The translations under genes and the position numbers were made by a program. Under the pieces are notes generated by a model that was given only the letters and a program-made list of their open reading frames with translations, was not told the origin of the DNA and made no database searches. From contig OY762897.2 in NCBI GenBank assembly GCA_963666515.2, forward strand, positions 1,920,001 to 1,984,000: DNA of 64,000 nucleotides, read 5' to 3'. This DNA is from Candidatus Binatia bacterium (GTDB lineage: Bacteria; Desulfobacterota; Binatia; UBA9968; JAJDTQ01). How positions within the stretch are numbered: the stretch's first letter is position 1; every line of letters starts with the position of its first letter. Shown piece after piece: positions 1-9,484 of the stretch.

Positions 1-166
1 GGCGCGCCGCTTCCAGCCTGTTGAAGTCTATGCCGCCACGCCGGTCGCAACGCACCAGTTCGGCGGCCGGCTGGCCGTGCCTGGTGATGATGACGCGCTC
101 GCCGTTGCGGGCGGCAGCGACCAGTTCGGAGAGTCGTGCTTTCGCGTCGCGTATGGCAAGTTCCAT
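1..166 (-). CDS. Phd/YefM family antitoxin (partial, runs off window start)
   Basis: Manual translation from ATG at 166: MELAIRDAKARLSELVAAARNGERVIITRHGQPAAELV..., the typical Phd 'AK..LS.L......GE.V.ITRHG.P.A.L' pattern; absent from the ORF track because truncated. Confidence 0.85.
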   Translation of the reverse strand, partial: MELAIRDAKARLSELVAAARNGERVIITRHGQPAAELVRCDRRGGIDFNRLEAAR

Positions 167-209
167 GACTGCTCGCCCCGATTCCATTTTGCTTCCGCCA
201 GTATGCCCG

Positions 210-224
210 TGTAGGAGTGCTACA
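210..224. promoter_or_regulatory. Possible antitoxin operator palindrome TGTAG-N5-CTACA
   Basis: Inverted repeat ~45 bp upstream of the Phd start; TA operons are usually autoregulated at such sites. Confidence 0.3.
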
Positions 225-282
225 TTCAAGACCATACTGTGACTACATCGGGTGCCCCGGTATGGGCCGGAAGGAGACGACG

Positions 283-1041
283 ATGAAGTGGCGCTAGTTG
301 TTGCTTGGCTTGATGTTGCCGGCGTTGACGGGATTCTGGTGGGGCAGCTCCGGGTGGGACTTTCGGCGGTCGCTCCCGGCAGGAGCGAAGGAACACGGCC
401 ATCAGACGGTGTCGGCGCCCGGCCATCCCGTGCGGTACGGGAACAACTCGGAGCGGTTCGAGGTGAGGCCCGGGGACTGCTCATCCAGCCCTGGAGGATG
501 GGACGACTGCACGAACGATCGGGAGCGGGCCGAACTGATCCAGGAAGAGCCGCGGCAGCAGGAGGGCGACGAGTACTGGTACCGGTGGTCGATCTTTCTG
601 CCGGAGGGCCACACCAACATCTACCCCGTCAAGCTGGCCTACGGGCAGTTCCATCAGAAACGGTGCAGGGTCGCCTTCATGTTCCAGGAATTCGGCGGCG
701 GCTACCACCTGAACATCCAGCCCGTGATCGCGGGGTTCAACGACGACCGCCCGCTCCTGTCTGCGGCCGAGTTCGTGGGAAAGTGGAACGACATCGTCGT
801 GCATGCGCGGTGGACGAAGCTGGACGACGGCTGGTTCAAGGTTTGGGCCAACGGCAAGCAGAAGGTCGACTACAAGGGGCACACCATGACCTGCGACACG
901 GTCTACTTCAAGTACGGCGTCTACAGGTCGTTCATTTCAAGGAACGCCGAGCTGGCCGGCAAGGTCGCGACCATCTCCTACTTCGACGGGGTGGTGCGTT
1001 CCCGGTCGGGAGAAGGCATATTCGATCCCTTGCCGGAGTAG
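283..1041 (+). CDS. Polysaccharide lyase / heparin lyase I-like secreted protein, with an in-frame TAG at codon 5
   Basis: Motifs SERFEVRPGDC, RERAEL, EYWYRWSIFLP, GQFHQ, GKWNDIVVHARW, YFKYGVYR; SD AAGGAG (271-276) then ATG 283 reads M-K-W-R-TAG, frame continues from TTG 298 into a hydrophobic signal-like segment. Confidence 0.75.
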
Positions 1042-1245
1042 GCCCAAGGTTTCCCCTATCGCGCGGAATGACCCCAGACGCTGAAGATTGGACTATGGAG
1101 GCGCGACACGATAAGATTTAAGGCTGCCACGGAGACCGCGACACAAGCTTGCCGAGACGGCCGCCCGATCTGTCCAATGGAAGGGCTTTGTGGCGCGGAA
1201 TACCGTGCATGCCTTGCCCGATAGCCAAGAACAACGGAGGCATAC

Positions 1246-1494
1246 ATGGCAACGGAACCCGAACTGCTTGAGCGCATTACAGTGCGCACGGAAGTCTTCG
1301 GCGGCAAACCCATCATTCGCGACCTGCGCATCGCGGTGGAGCACATCCTGGGAATGCTGGCGGCCGGCGATACCACCGAGACTATTCTCAAGGAATATCC
1401 GCTTCTGGAGCCTGAAGACATCCAGGCATGCCTGCTCTTTGCCCACCGCTCACTCATGGGCGACCAAGTGCATGAACGTGTGCCGGTCCGTTGA
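1246..1494 (+). CDS. DUF433 domain antitoxin
   Basis: RITVRTEVFGGKPIIRDLRIAVEHILGMLAAG...ILKEYPLLEPEDIQACL signature; SD GGAGG upstream. Confidence 0.9.
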   Translation: MATEPELLERITVRTEVFGGKPIIRDLRIAVEHILGMLAAGDTTETILKEYPLLEPEDIQACLLFAHRSLMGDQVHERVPVR

Positions 1495-1499
1495 CCATC

Positions 1500-1886
1500 G
1501 TGAAGTTTCTTCTTGACGTTTGCGCATCATCCCGAAGCCTGCACGGAATGTTGACCGGCCTTGGCCACGACGTGCTTTCAAGCCTGGAACGGGACCCGCG
1601 CGCCACGGATGAAACGGTGCTCGCCCTGGCAAACGATGAACAACGGGTGCTCATTACCGAAGACAAGGACTTTGGTGAGCTGGTCTTTGTGCGTCACTTG
1701 CCACATCCGTGCATCATACGTTTCGTTGACATGCCGGTTGCGGAAAAGGTAACCGCCATGCGCGAATTGATCGAACGACATGCGGACGCGATGCGGGAAG
1801 ACACTTTGATCGTGGTGACACGGACACGTGTACGGATACGTCATCGACAACCCGATGAGCGAACTCGCCGACACGGTCGCCCATGA
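1500..1886 (+). CDS. DUF5615 family PIN-like toxin
   Basis: (M)KFLLD...GHDV...DETVLALANDEQRVLITEDKDFGELVF; directly follows DUF433; start may be TTG 1491. Confidence 0.85.
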   Translation: MKFLLDVCASSRSLHGMLTGLGHDVLSSLERDPRATDETVLALANDEQRVLITEDKDFGELVFVRHLPHPCIIRFVDMPVAEKVTAMRELIERHADAMREDTLIVVTRTRVRIRHRQPDERTRRHGRP

Positions 1887-1937
1887 CGACCTCACGGCAA
1901 CTAATCGCCGTCGCCGCAGCCCAGGCGGAGGATAGCT

Positions 1938-2330
1938 ATGACCGACTTCCGTGTAACCGATGAAATGTTGACAAAACTGAGAAAAAAACTCGAACTGAAA
2001 AGATTGAGGTCCGTACATCCATACGTCGTGGATCTGATCCGTGTTCTATGGCCGCACGGAGCAGAAGGTATGGAGAGACAGAAGGTGCTTGATTCACTTG
2101 AGCGACAGCGAGAAAGAGAAGGCTTGCCCGTCCCCTACAAATTCCAGGAGACGGTCCAATCCAGCTATCAGGCGCATTGCGTGGGTTACAGCGCCTTTGA
2201 AAAAAGCAAATTGACGGATTCGGAAGCTCCGTTCTTTTCACCGGGGGGCAAAGGCTCTGGAATATGGGCGGTTGACCGAGATAGGGCGCTTACGTGGTTG
2301 AAAAAAAAGGACTTCGAGGTCCAGTCGTGA
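1938..2330 (+). CDS. Hypothetical protein, possible winged-helix (Mrr_N/HARE-HTH-like)
   Basis: 130 aa ORF with SD GGAGG, lower GC than flanks, C-terminal FF..G.KGSGIW motif. Confidence 0.55.
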   Translation: MTDFRVTDEMLTKLRKKLELKRLRSVHPYVVDLIRVLWPHGAEGMERQKVLDSLERQREREGLPVPYKFQETVQSSYQAHCVGYSAFEKSKLTDSEAPFFSPGGKGSGIWAVDRDRALTWLKKKDFEVQS

Positions 2331-2389
2331 AGGAACGCTGACGGCCACGGGAGGCTCTTTCCCACCCATATCATTAGTGAGGGACGCAA

Positions 2390-2935
2390 TCAGATCACCT
2401 CTACCAACACTCCCTCCGGCGGCAGCAACGCATCGCACATCGAGGCATCGAGTCCACACGCCTGGCCCAAGGCAGATAAGACCAGGTCGGCGACCACGCG
2501 TTCCTCGCCCTCACGGCTTCGGGCGTTCTTTTCCAAAGTGACGGAGCGCACCTCCACGGTGGGGCCGCGGCACACCGCCACATGGGCGCGATGCTCGCCC
2601 TTCCTCGGTCGGTCCGTGACCAGCGCGGCGGTGCAGGCGATGCCCAGCACCGGCACGTCCTCGCTCGGCCTGAGCGCCAGCGCCCGCTCCTGGGCCTTCC
2701 GCGCCAGTGCTGCTGCGGTCTCCGCCGACGCCGCCTGCTCCGGCTCGTGACCCAGGAACTCGCGCATCGAACGGTCGCCGTAGGGCACCAGGGCTTCCAG
2801 CACCGTGCGGGAGGCTCCCGGTACGGCGAACAGGTCCGCCAATGCCTGGGCGCCGCCTCCGGTCACCACCAGCACGGCCATGTACGGGCTCCGGTGAATG
2901 GCTGCGATGAAATCGGTGAGGGAGGGGGCTGCCAT
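2390..2935 (-). CDS. CinA C-terminal-like protein (resembles the N-terminal domain of NMN adenylyltransferase fusions)
   Basis: VTGGGAQALADLFAVPGASRTVLEALVPY...GIACTAALVTDRPRKGEHRAHVA. Confidence 0.7.
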   Translation of the reverse strand: MAAPSLTDFIAAIHRSPYMAVLVVTGGGAQALADLFAVPGASRTVLEALVPYGDRSMREFLGHEPEQAASAETAAALARKAQERALALRPSEDVPVLGIACTAALVTDRPRKGEHRAHVAVCRGPTVEVRSVTLEKNARSREGEERVVADLVLSALGQACGLDASMCDALLPPEGVLVEVI

Positions 2936-2954
2936 GCCGGTCCAACGAATCCAG

Positions 2955-4121
2955 TCAGATCACGCCGCGCTCACGCAGGCTGCGGACCGCTTCGCCGTCG
3001 TAGCCCAATCCTAGCAGGACCTCGTCGGTGTTCTCCCCTACCAGCGGCGCCGGGCGGACGAAGCGCGGCGGCGTGTCCGACAGGTTCACGCTGCTGCCGA
3101 TGAGCCGGGTGGCGCCTCGTTCGGGATGATGGATCTCGCGGGGCAGTCCAAGGTGCCGGACCTGGGGGTCTTCGAAGACCTCCTCCGCGGCGTAGATGGG
3201 GGCGTGGCTCAGGTCTTCCCGGCCCAGGCGCTCCAGCCAGTCGGCCCGGGGCGCGCTGCCGAAATTCTCGCGCAGGATGCCCATCAGGTCGTCGTGGTGG
3301 GCGGCGCGGTCCTCGTAGGTGGCGAAGCGCGGGTCATCGAGCAGGTCGGCACGGTCGATGACCCGGATCAGGGCTTCCCAGGATCGGCGGTGGGTGGCCA
3401 AGTGCACGAGCAACGGACGCCCGTCCCCCGCCGGCAGCAAGAACAGCCGACCGCGCTGGAAGTTCTTGGGGGTCACGGCCTTGCCGCCGTTCAGGAACTC
3501 GGCGAAGTGCGACTCGATGAAGCCCATGCTCGCCTGCAATAGCGATGCGTCCACGAACTGTCCGGCGCCGGTGCGCTCGCGCGCCGCCAGCGCGGCCAGG
3601 ACGCCGTAGGCCGCGAACACGCCGGTGACGTGAGCGGTGATGGAGAGGCCGCCCATCTTTGGATCGCCCGGGTCGGTGAGCAGGCTCAGCATGCCGCTGA
3701 CCGCCTGGCCGATGGACTCGAAGCCCGGGCGGTCCTCGTACGGCCCGTCCTGGCCGAAGGCGGTGACCGAGCAGTGGATGAGCCGGGGGTTGCGCTGCCG
3801 CAGTTCGTCGTAGTCCAGCCCCAGGGACTTGCGCGTTCCCGGCCGGAAGCTCTCGATGAGGATGTCCGCCGATTCCAACATCCGGTGGAGAATGTCACGG
3901 GCCTCGGCTTCCCGCAGGTTGAGCGTCACGCTCTTCTTGTTGCGGTTGAGCACCCTGAAGACCGGGCTGTAGCTGTCACGTCCCCGGGCCGGATCGCCGG
4001 TGCCCGGAAGCTCCACCTTGATGACCTCGCAGCCCAGGTCGCCCAGCAGGCTCCCGGCGTAGGGGCCGGCCACGTGCCCGCTCGCGTCGATGGCGACCGT
4101 ACCGTCCAAGGCGCCGGTCAT
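2955..4121 (-). CDS. CaiB/BaiF family III CoA-transferase
   Basis: AGPYAGSLLGDLGCEVIKVE, NRNKKSVTLNL, ESFRPG, LGLDYDEL, AFGQDGPY motifs. Confidence 0.93.
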   Translation of the reverse strand: MTGALDGTVAIDASGHVAGPYAGSLLGDLGCEVIKVELPGTGDPARGRDSYSPVFRVLNRNKKSVTLNLREAEARDILHRMLESADILIESFRPGTRKSLGLDYDELRQRNPRLIHCSVTAFGQDGPYEDRPGFESIGQAVSGMLSLLTDPGDPKMGGLSITAHVTGVFAAYGVLAALAARERTGAGQFVDASLLQASMGFIESHFAEFLNGGKAVTPKNFQRGRLFLLPAGDGRPLLVHLATHRRSWEALIRVIDRADLLDDPRFATYEDRAAHHDDLMGILRENFGSAPRADWLERLGREDLSHAPIYAAEEVFEDPQVRHLGLPREIHHPERGATRLIGSSVNLSDTPPRFVRPAPLVGENTDEVLLGLGYDGEAVRSLRERGVI

Positions 4122-4164
4122 GCCGTGCTACCGCCGAACGGGAATTTGCGTACGGAACCGGACA

Positions 4165-4380
4165 TCAGAACGGATTGTTGAAGAAAGGTTTCCCCTCCCG
4201 CACCCGGAAGATGCCGACGAAGCCCAGGAGCCCGCCGAGGAAACCGCCGAGAAAGACGACCGTGGCCACGAAGTCGGTCATGTAACTGGGCGCAAGGACC
4301 GCGTACACCACTGCCCGGGCTACCAATCCGACCACGAGGGCGACCACCAGACCGATGGCTGTGAGGGTCCTGTATTTCAT
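4165..4380 (-). CDS. Small two-TM hypothetical membrane protein
   Basis: MKYRTLTAIGLVVALVVGLV...VVFLGGFLGGLLGFVGIF; SD GGAGG upstream of ATG 4380. Confidence 0.6.
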   Translation of the reverse strand: MKYRTLTAIGLVVALVVGLVARAVVYAVLAPSYMTDFVATVVFLGGFLGGLLGFVGIFRVREGKPFFNNPF

Positions 4381-4535
4381 CGATTCGCATCCTCCCGCGA
4401 CCCGTCCCGTGCCGTCCAAGGCAATGTTGACAGCGGTTGCAGGATTGCATACCCTCCTTAGCCGTTGCAAGCTGGCCGTTGTCCCGGATACGACTCGTAC
4501 CGTCCACGGGATGACCGTGATGGAGGATGCCCGAC

Positions 4536-5147
4536 ATGGAAACCCAGACGCCCAACGCCCTGGAGCGGTTCATCGAGAAGACCCGTGCGCTGTTCGCCGC
4601 GGAACCCGACCTGGAGAAGCGCTGGACCGCGTTGGAGCCGGTCCTGGCCGAGTTGCTGGCGGACCCCGACGTGCTGGAGGCGTCCAGGTCGTGGCCCGAC
4701 TGCGTGCCGCGGGACGGACGCGCCGAGAACCTGCTGTTCTACGAGGACCCGGACTATGGTTTCGCCGTCAACGGCCTGACCAAGGGCAACGCCCGCCAGG
4801 GCGGCCGCGCCCGCATCCACGACCACGCGCACATCTACACCCTCTACGGCGTCCTGGACGGCCACGAACGCATCGAGCGCTACGACCGGCTCGACGACCG
4901 CTCAAAGCCGGACTACGCGGAGATCCGCTTGGCCAGCGACAAGCACGTCGGTCCGGGCGAGATCGACCTGGTGCAGCCCTACGAGGTGCATACCGAGACC
5001 ACCGTGGGCGAGCGGACCGTGGCCGTCATCATCCGCAGCCAGAAGGGCGGCAGCTTCAACCAGGGCCGCTACAAGCACGAGACCAACGAATATTACGAAA
5101 GCCTGGGCCCGCGTCAGACGCCGGTGGAGATGCTGCCCGGTACGTGA
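4536..5147 (+). CDS. Cupin-fold cysteine/thiol dioxygenase-like protein
   Basis: LLFYEDPDYGFAV, IHDHAH.YTLYGVLDG.E, later EVH histidine; alternative start 4527. Confidence 0.7.
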   Translation: METQTPNALERFIEKTRALFAAEPDLEKRWTALEPVLAELLADPDVLEASRSWPDCVPRDGRAENLLFYEDPDYGFAVNGLTKGNARQGGRARIHDHAHIYTLYGVLDGHERIERYDRLDDRSKPDYAEIRLASDKHVGPGEIDLVQPYEVHTETTVGERTVAVIIRSQKGGSFNQGRYKHETNEYYESLGPRQTPVEMLPGT

Positions 5148-5150
5148 CGC

Positions 5151-6899
5151 ATGGACGCCATCAAGCTCGAAGTCATCTACAACGCCACCAACCAGATTGC
5201 GTACGAGCTGACGCAGAAGCTCATGCGCAACGGCTATTCGTCCATCGTCAAGGAGAGCCAGGACCTGGCCCTGAGCATCTGCGACAGTCAGGGGCGCAAC
5301 GTCGGGCAGTACTCGCCCAACCCGGTGGGGCTGGGGGTGGTCGGCTCCCAGCTCAAGGGTATTCTCCAGGACTTCGCCGGCGCCATCGGCGAGGGCGACA
5401 CCTTCATCCTGAACCATCCCTACCGCTACTGCCAGAACCACCCCAGCGACGTTACGCTGATCTCGCCGGTGTTCCATAAGGGACAGCTCATGGCCTTTGT
5501 CGGCAACACCGCCCACAAGCCGGACATCGGCGGCAAGGTGCCGGGCACCAACGCGGGCGACGCCACCGAGGTGTTCCAGGAGGGGCTGCTGATACCGCCC
5601 CTGAAGCTCTACGAGGGGGGCGTTCTCAACGAGGCGGTGCAGCAGCTCATCTGCGCCAACACCCGCACCCCGGAGGTCACCTGGGGGGACATCCGCGCGC
5701 AGGTAACGTCCAATCTTCACGGCATCGACCGGCTCACCGCGCTGGCGGACCGCTTCGGGCTGGACGACGTGCTCGCCTGCTGGGAGGAGCGCATCGCCAT
5801 CACCGAGCGGGAGCTGCGCTCGCGCATCGCCGCCATGCCGCCGGGAACCTACGGCCCGGTCACCGACTACATCGACGATGACGGCGTGGAGCTGGACAAG
5901 CCGCTGGAGGTCACGGCCACGCTGCACGTGCGCGGCGACGAGTTGGAGTTCGAGTTCGCCTCGGCGAAGCAGTCGCGCGGGCCGCTGAACCTCCGGCCCT
6001 GCGTGGTGCGGGCGGTGGCCGAGTACTGCGTGCAGGCCGCCATCGGGCCGGACCTGCCCAAGAACCAGGGCTGCTCCGCGCCCATCCGCATCACCCTCCC
6101 CGCCCCCGGACACCTGCTGAACCCCGAGTTCCCGGCGCCGGTGAACATGTACGCCACCACCTGCCACCGGCTGGCGCCGGTGATCATGATGGTCTTGGCG
6201 CAGGCCCTGCCGGAGCGGGTGGCCGCGCCCCAGAGCAGCTCGGGCGGCGCGGTGTCGTTCAACGGTGTGGAGCCGGACGGCGGGCGGCGCTACTCGCAGT
6301 ACGAGATCCTGTGGGGCGGCTACGGCGCCCGCCCCGGCAAGGACGGCGTCAGCGGCAGCGCCGCGGACATCAGCAACGTCATGAGCACGCCGGTGGAGGC
6401 GCTGGAAAACGAGTTCCCGGTGCGGATGCAGTGCTTCGAGGTGAACCCCGACTCCGCGGGCGCGGGGCAATACCGCGGCGGCCTGGGCATCCGGCGCGGC
6501 TGGCAGGTGTTGAACGACGACGTGACCCTGAACCTGCGCCTGGACCGCTTCAGGTTCTCCTCGCCGGGCCTGTTCGGCGCACGCCCCAGCGCACCGGCGC
6601 GCTGCACCCTCAATCCGGGCACCGGCGACGCCCGCGCACTCCACTCCAAGACGGCCAACATCCCCATGTCCAGGGGCGACACGCTGTTGCTGGAGTTGGG
6701 TGGCGGCGGGGGTTGGGGCGACCCTCTGGCGCGGGAGCCGGAGCGCGTGCTCGATGACGTGCGCAACGGTTACGTGTCGCTGGCGGCGGCGCGGGATGTG
6801 TACGGCGTGGTCATCGACCCCGAGACACTGAGCATCGATTCAGCGGCCACACGCCGACAACGCGAGGACATCAGGAACCGTGCTGCGCATCGGCATTGA
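5151..6899 (+). CDS. Hydantoinase B / oxoprolinase family protein
   Basis: SSIVKESQD, NHPY...NHPSD, HKPDIGGKVPG, QEGLLIPP, TPVEALE, DSAGAGQYRGG, GGGGWGDP. Confidence 0.93.
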   Translation: MDAIKLEVIYNATNQIAYELTQKLMRNGYSSIVKESQDLALSICDSQGRNVGQYSPNPVGLGVVGSQLKGILQDFAGAIGEGDTFILNHPYRYCQNHPSDVTLISPVFHKGQLMAFVGNTAHKPDIGGKVPGTNAGDATEVFQEGLLIPPLKLYEGGVLNEAVQQLICANTRTPEVTWGDIRAQVTSNLHGIDRLTALADRFGLDDVLACWEERIAITERELRSRIAAMPPGTYGPVTDYIDDDGVELDKPLEVTATLHVRGDELEFEFASAKQSRGPLNLRPCVVRAVAEYCVQAAIGPDLPKNQGCSAPIRITLPAPGHLLNPEFPAPVNMYATTCHRLAPVIMMVLAQALPERVAAPQSSSGGAVSFNGVEPDGGRRYSQYEILWGGYGARPGKDGVSGSAADISNVMSTPVEALENEFPVRMQCFEVNPDSAGAGQYRGGLGIRRGWQVLNDDVTLNLRLDRFRFSSPGLFGARPSAPARCTLNPGTGDARALHSKTANIPMSRGDTLLLELGGGGGWGDPLAREPERVLDDVRNGYVSLAAARDVYGVVIDPETLSIDSAATRRQREDIRNRAAHRH

Positions 6900-8904
6900 C
6901 ACCGGCGGCACGTTCACCGACCTGAGCGTGTTCGACGAGGACGACGGGCGCGTCTGCCTGACGCACAAGCTGCCGTCACGTCCGCAGAACCCCACCGAGG
7001 CCATAGCCGCGGGCCTGCGCGAGATCACCGCCCGGCTGCCGGACAAGGCCCGCTATGTCCTCCACGGCACCACCATCGGCCTCAACACGCTGCTGGAGGG
7101 CCGCGAGCCGCCGCCGGGGCTCCTGGTCACCGAAGGGTTCCGCGACATCCTGGAGCTGGACCGCCAGTGGCGCGGCGACCAGGTGTACAACCTGTTCTTC
7201 GACCGCCCGCGGCAGCTCGTGCCCCGGCGCCTGATCCGGCCGGTGCGGGAGCGCGTGGACTCCCGCGGCCGGGAGGTGCTTCCGCTGGATGCCGAACAGG
7301 CCCGCGCCGCGGTCAGGGAACTCCTGGACTCGGGGGTGCGTTCGGTGGCCGTGAGCCTGCTGTTCTCGTTCGCCAACCCGGACCACGAACGAAAGCTCCG
7401 GGCGATCCTGGAAGAGATGGCCCCGGACGTCTACGTCACGCTGTCGTCGGAGGTGGACCCGCAGTTCCGGGAGTTCGAGCGCACCAGCACCGCGGTGGTC
7501 AACGCGTTCATCGGCCCGCGCGTCAGCGGCTACGTGGGCACCATCGAAGCCGCGGTCCACGAGCTGATGGAAGGCGCCCGGGTGCTGATCATGCAGTCCA
7601 ACGGCGGCGTGGCCACGCCCGCGGTGATCGCCCGGGCGCCGGTGCAGACGCTCATGTCGGGTCCGGTGGCCGGCGTGGTCGGGACCCGGCGGCTGTGCCG
7701 GGAGATCGGCCGCGAGAACGCTATTTCCCTCGACATCGGCGGCACGAGCTGCGACATGTCGGTGATCCCCGGCGAGCTTCTGACCGCGCCCCAGAGCAAG
7801 GTGGCGGGCTATACGGTGCGGGCCGCCACCGTGGACATCGAGACCATCGGCAGCGGCGGCGGCAGCATCGCCCGGGTGGAGTCGGGCCGCCTCCTCAAGG
7901 TGGGGCCGCAGAGCGCCGGCGCAGTGCCCGGGCCGGCCTGCTACGGCGCCGGCGACCAGCCTACCCTCACCGACGCGCTGGTGGTGCTGGGCCACCTCAA
8001 CCGGGAAGCGCTGCTGGACGGCGCCATGCCCATCGACGCCGGGGCCGCACGCAGCGCCATCGCCGGCAGCGTCGCCGGGCCGCTGGACATGACGCCGGAG
8101 CGGGCCGCCGCGGGCATCGTCGAGGTGCTGGCCGCGCAGGTGGCCATGTCCATGCGCTCGGTCACCATCGAAAAGGGTTACGACCCCAGGGACTTCATCC
8201 TGGCGGCCTACGGCGGCGCCGGGCCCACGGTGGCCTGCCCCATCGCCCGGGAGCTGGATATCCCGCAGATCTGCATCCCGCAGGACCCGGGCAACTTCTG
8301 CGCCGCGGGGATGCTGCTCACCGACCTAGTCCGCAGCTACTCCCTCACCCGCATCGGTCCGCTGGACGAGACCCCGGAGAGCGCCATCCGGGAAGCGCTG
8401 GAGGAACTCCGCGAGCGGGGCGTGCGGGAACTGGAAGAGCAGGGCGTGACCCCGGACCGCATCGAAACCGAGTACTTCCTCGACATGCGCTATCCCGGCC
8501 AGTCCTACGAGGTCACGGTGCCGGCCGGCGGCGCCTCCAGGGAAGAACTCACCCGGCGCTTCCACGAGGCCCACGGGCGGCTGTTCGGCCACACCGCGGA
8601 GGAAGAGTCCATGGAGATCGTCAACTACCGCGCGCGCTGCACCGGCCGCCTGCCCAAGATGACCTTTGGCGCCCCCCCTTCGGCCAACGGCCCGGCTCGG
8701 CCCGAGAGCCGGCGGTCCGCGCTCTTCCCGGGCGCTGACGCTCCGTTCGACGCACCCGTCTACCGCCGCGCCGGCCTTGCCCCCGGCTTCCGCATCCCCG
8801 GACCGGCCATCGTCGAGGAATACACCTCCACCACCGTCGTCTACCCCTCCTTCGAGCTGTCCGTGGACCCTCGCGGCAACCTCAGGCTGCAAAGCACGGC
8901 ATAG
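6880..8904 (+). CDS. Hydantoinase A / oxoprolinase family protein
   Basis: IGIDTGGTFTD, HGTT, EFERTST, SGPVAGV, DIGGTSCD, GGGSIA, GPQSAGAVPGPACY, MRYPGQSYE. Confidence 0.94.
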   Translation: MLRIGIDTGGTFTDLSVFDEDDGRVCLTHKLPSRPQNPTEAIAAGLREITARLPDKARYVLHGTTIGLNTLLEGREPPPGLLVTEGFRDILELDRQWRGDQVYNLFFDRPRQLVPRRLIRPVRERVDSRGREVLPLDAEQARAAVRELLDSGVRSVAVSLLFSFANPDHERKLRAILEEMAPDVYVTLSSEVDPQFREFERTSTAVVNAFIGPRVSGYVGTIEAAVHELMEGARVLIMQSNGGVATPAVIARAPVQTLMSGPVAGVVGTRRLCREIGRENAISLDIGGTSCDMSVIPGELLTAPQSKVAGYTVRAATVDIETIGSGGGSIARVESGRLLKVGPQSAGAVPGPACYGAGDQPTLTDALVVLGHLNREALLDGAMPIDAGAARSAIAGSVAGPLDMTPERAAAGIVEVLAAQVAMSMRSVTIEKGYDPRDFILAAYGGAGPTVACPIARELDIPQICIPQDPGNFCAAGMLLTDLVRSYSLTRIGPLDETPESAIREALEELRERGVRELEEQGVTPDRIETEYFLDMRYPGQSYEVTVPAGGASREELTRRFHEAHGRLFGHTAEEESMEIVNYRARCTGRLPKMTFGAPPSANGPARPESRRSALFPGADAPFDAPVYRRAGLAPGFRIPGPAIVEEYTSTTVVYPSFELSVDPRGNLRLQSTA

Positions 8905-8907
8905 TCG

Positions 8908-9162
8908 TCAATAATGATAGCGGCACTGTGCGATCATCACCGACTCGCCTTCCACCTTGTAGACGAGACGATGCTCGCCATTGATGCGGCGTGACCAGTA
9001 GCCGGTCAAGCCGTGTTTCAGAGGTTCGGGCGCTCCGATGCCTTCAAAGGGTGAGCGGAGAATGTCTCGGATCAGGAGATTGACCCGGTTGAGCAGCTTC
9101 CGGTCCGTCTTCTGCCAGTGGAGGTAGTCGTCCCACGCATCCTGGGAGAAGATCAGCCTCAC
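8908..9162 (-). CDS. yoeB: Txe/YoeB family toxin
   Basis: GTG 9162: RLIFSQDAWDDYLHWQKTDRK...PFEGIGAPEPLKHGLTGYWSRRINGEHRLVY...QCRYHY; overlaps yefM stop. Confidence 0.95.
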   Translation of the reverse strand: MRLIFSQDAWDDYLHWQKTDRKLLNRVNLLIRDILRSPFEGIGAPEPLKHGLTGYWSRRINGEHRLVYKVEGESVMIAQCRYHY

Positions 9163-9410
9163 ACGACGAGGTCTCGCACCGTACCGGCGCCGGACTCGAG
9201 TTCGACAATGGACCGCAGGAGCCTGCGCGCGTTTCTTGGGCTGTGGAGAAGGTACGCGGTCTCCTCCAACGCGTGATAGTCCTCCAGCGACATCATCACC
9301 ACGGAGCGGTTGTTCTTTCGAGTGATCACCACCGGCGCATGGTCGTCGCAGACCTTCTCCATGGTCTTGGCGAGCCGTGCCCGGGCGTCGGAGTATGAAA
9401 TCGTATCCAT
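9159..9410 (-). CDS. yefM: YefM antitoxin
   Basis: MDTISYSDARARLAKTMEKVCDDHAPVVITR...SLEDYHALEETAYLLHSPRNARRL. Confidence 0.95.
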   Translation of the reverse strand: MDTISYSDARARLAKTMEKVCDDHAPVVITRKNNRSVVMMSLEDYHALEETAYLLHSPRNARRLLRSIVELESGAGTVRDLVV

Positions 9411-9420
9411 GCCGCCTCCT

Positions 9421-9440
9421 TGTACTGGAAATTGTACAAT
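9421..9440. promoter_or_regulatory. YefM-YoeB operator (TGTACT 9421-9426 and ATTGTACAAT 9431-9440)
   Basis: Two TGTAC(A/T) cores 12 bp apart just upstream of yefM, matching the known E. coli yefM operator layout of paired TGTACA palindromes. Confidence 0.75.
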
Positions 9441-9484
9441 CGCGACGAGCCGATGGCAAACAACCGGTTAGCCCTGCGGCCGGA

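Noticed and set aside
295-297. Pyrrolysine or genome-wide amber recoding
   Set aside because: TAG is the normal stop of several genes here (1041, 8904, 14913, 56562) and the codon lies in a signal peptide
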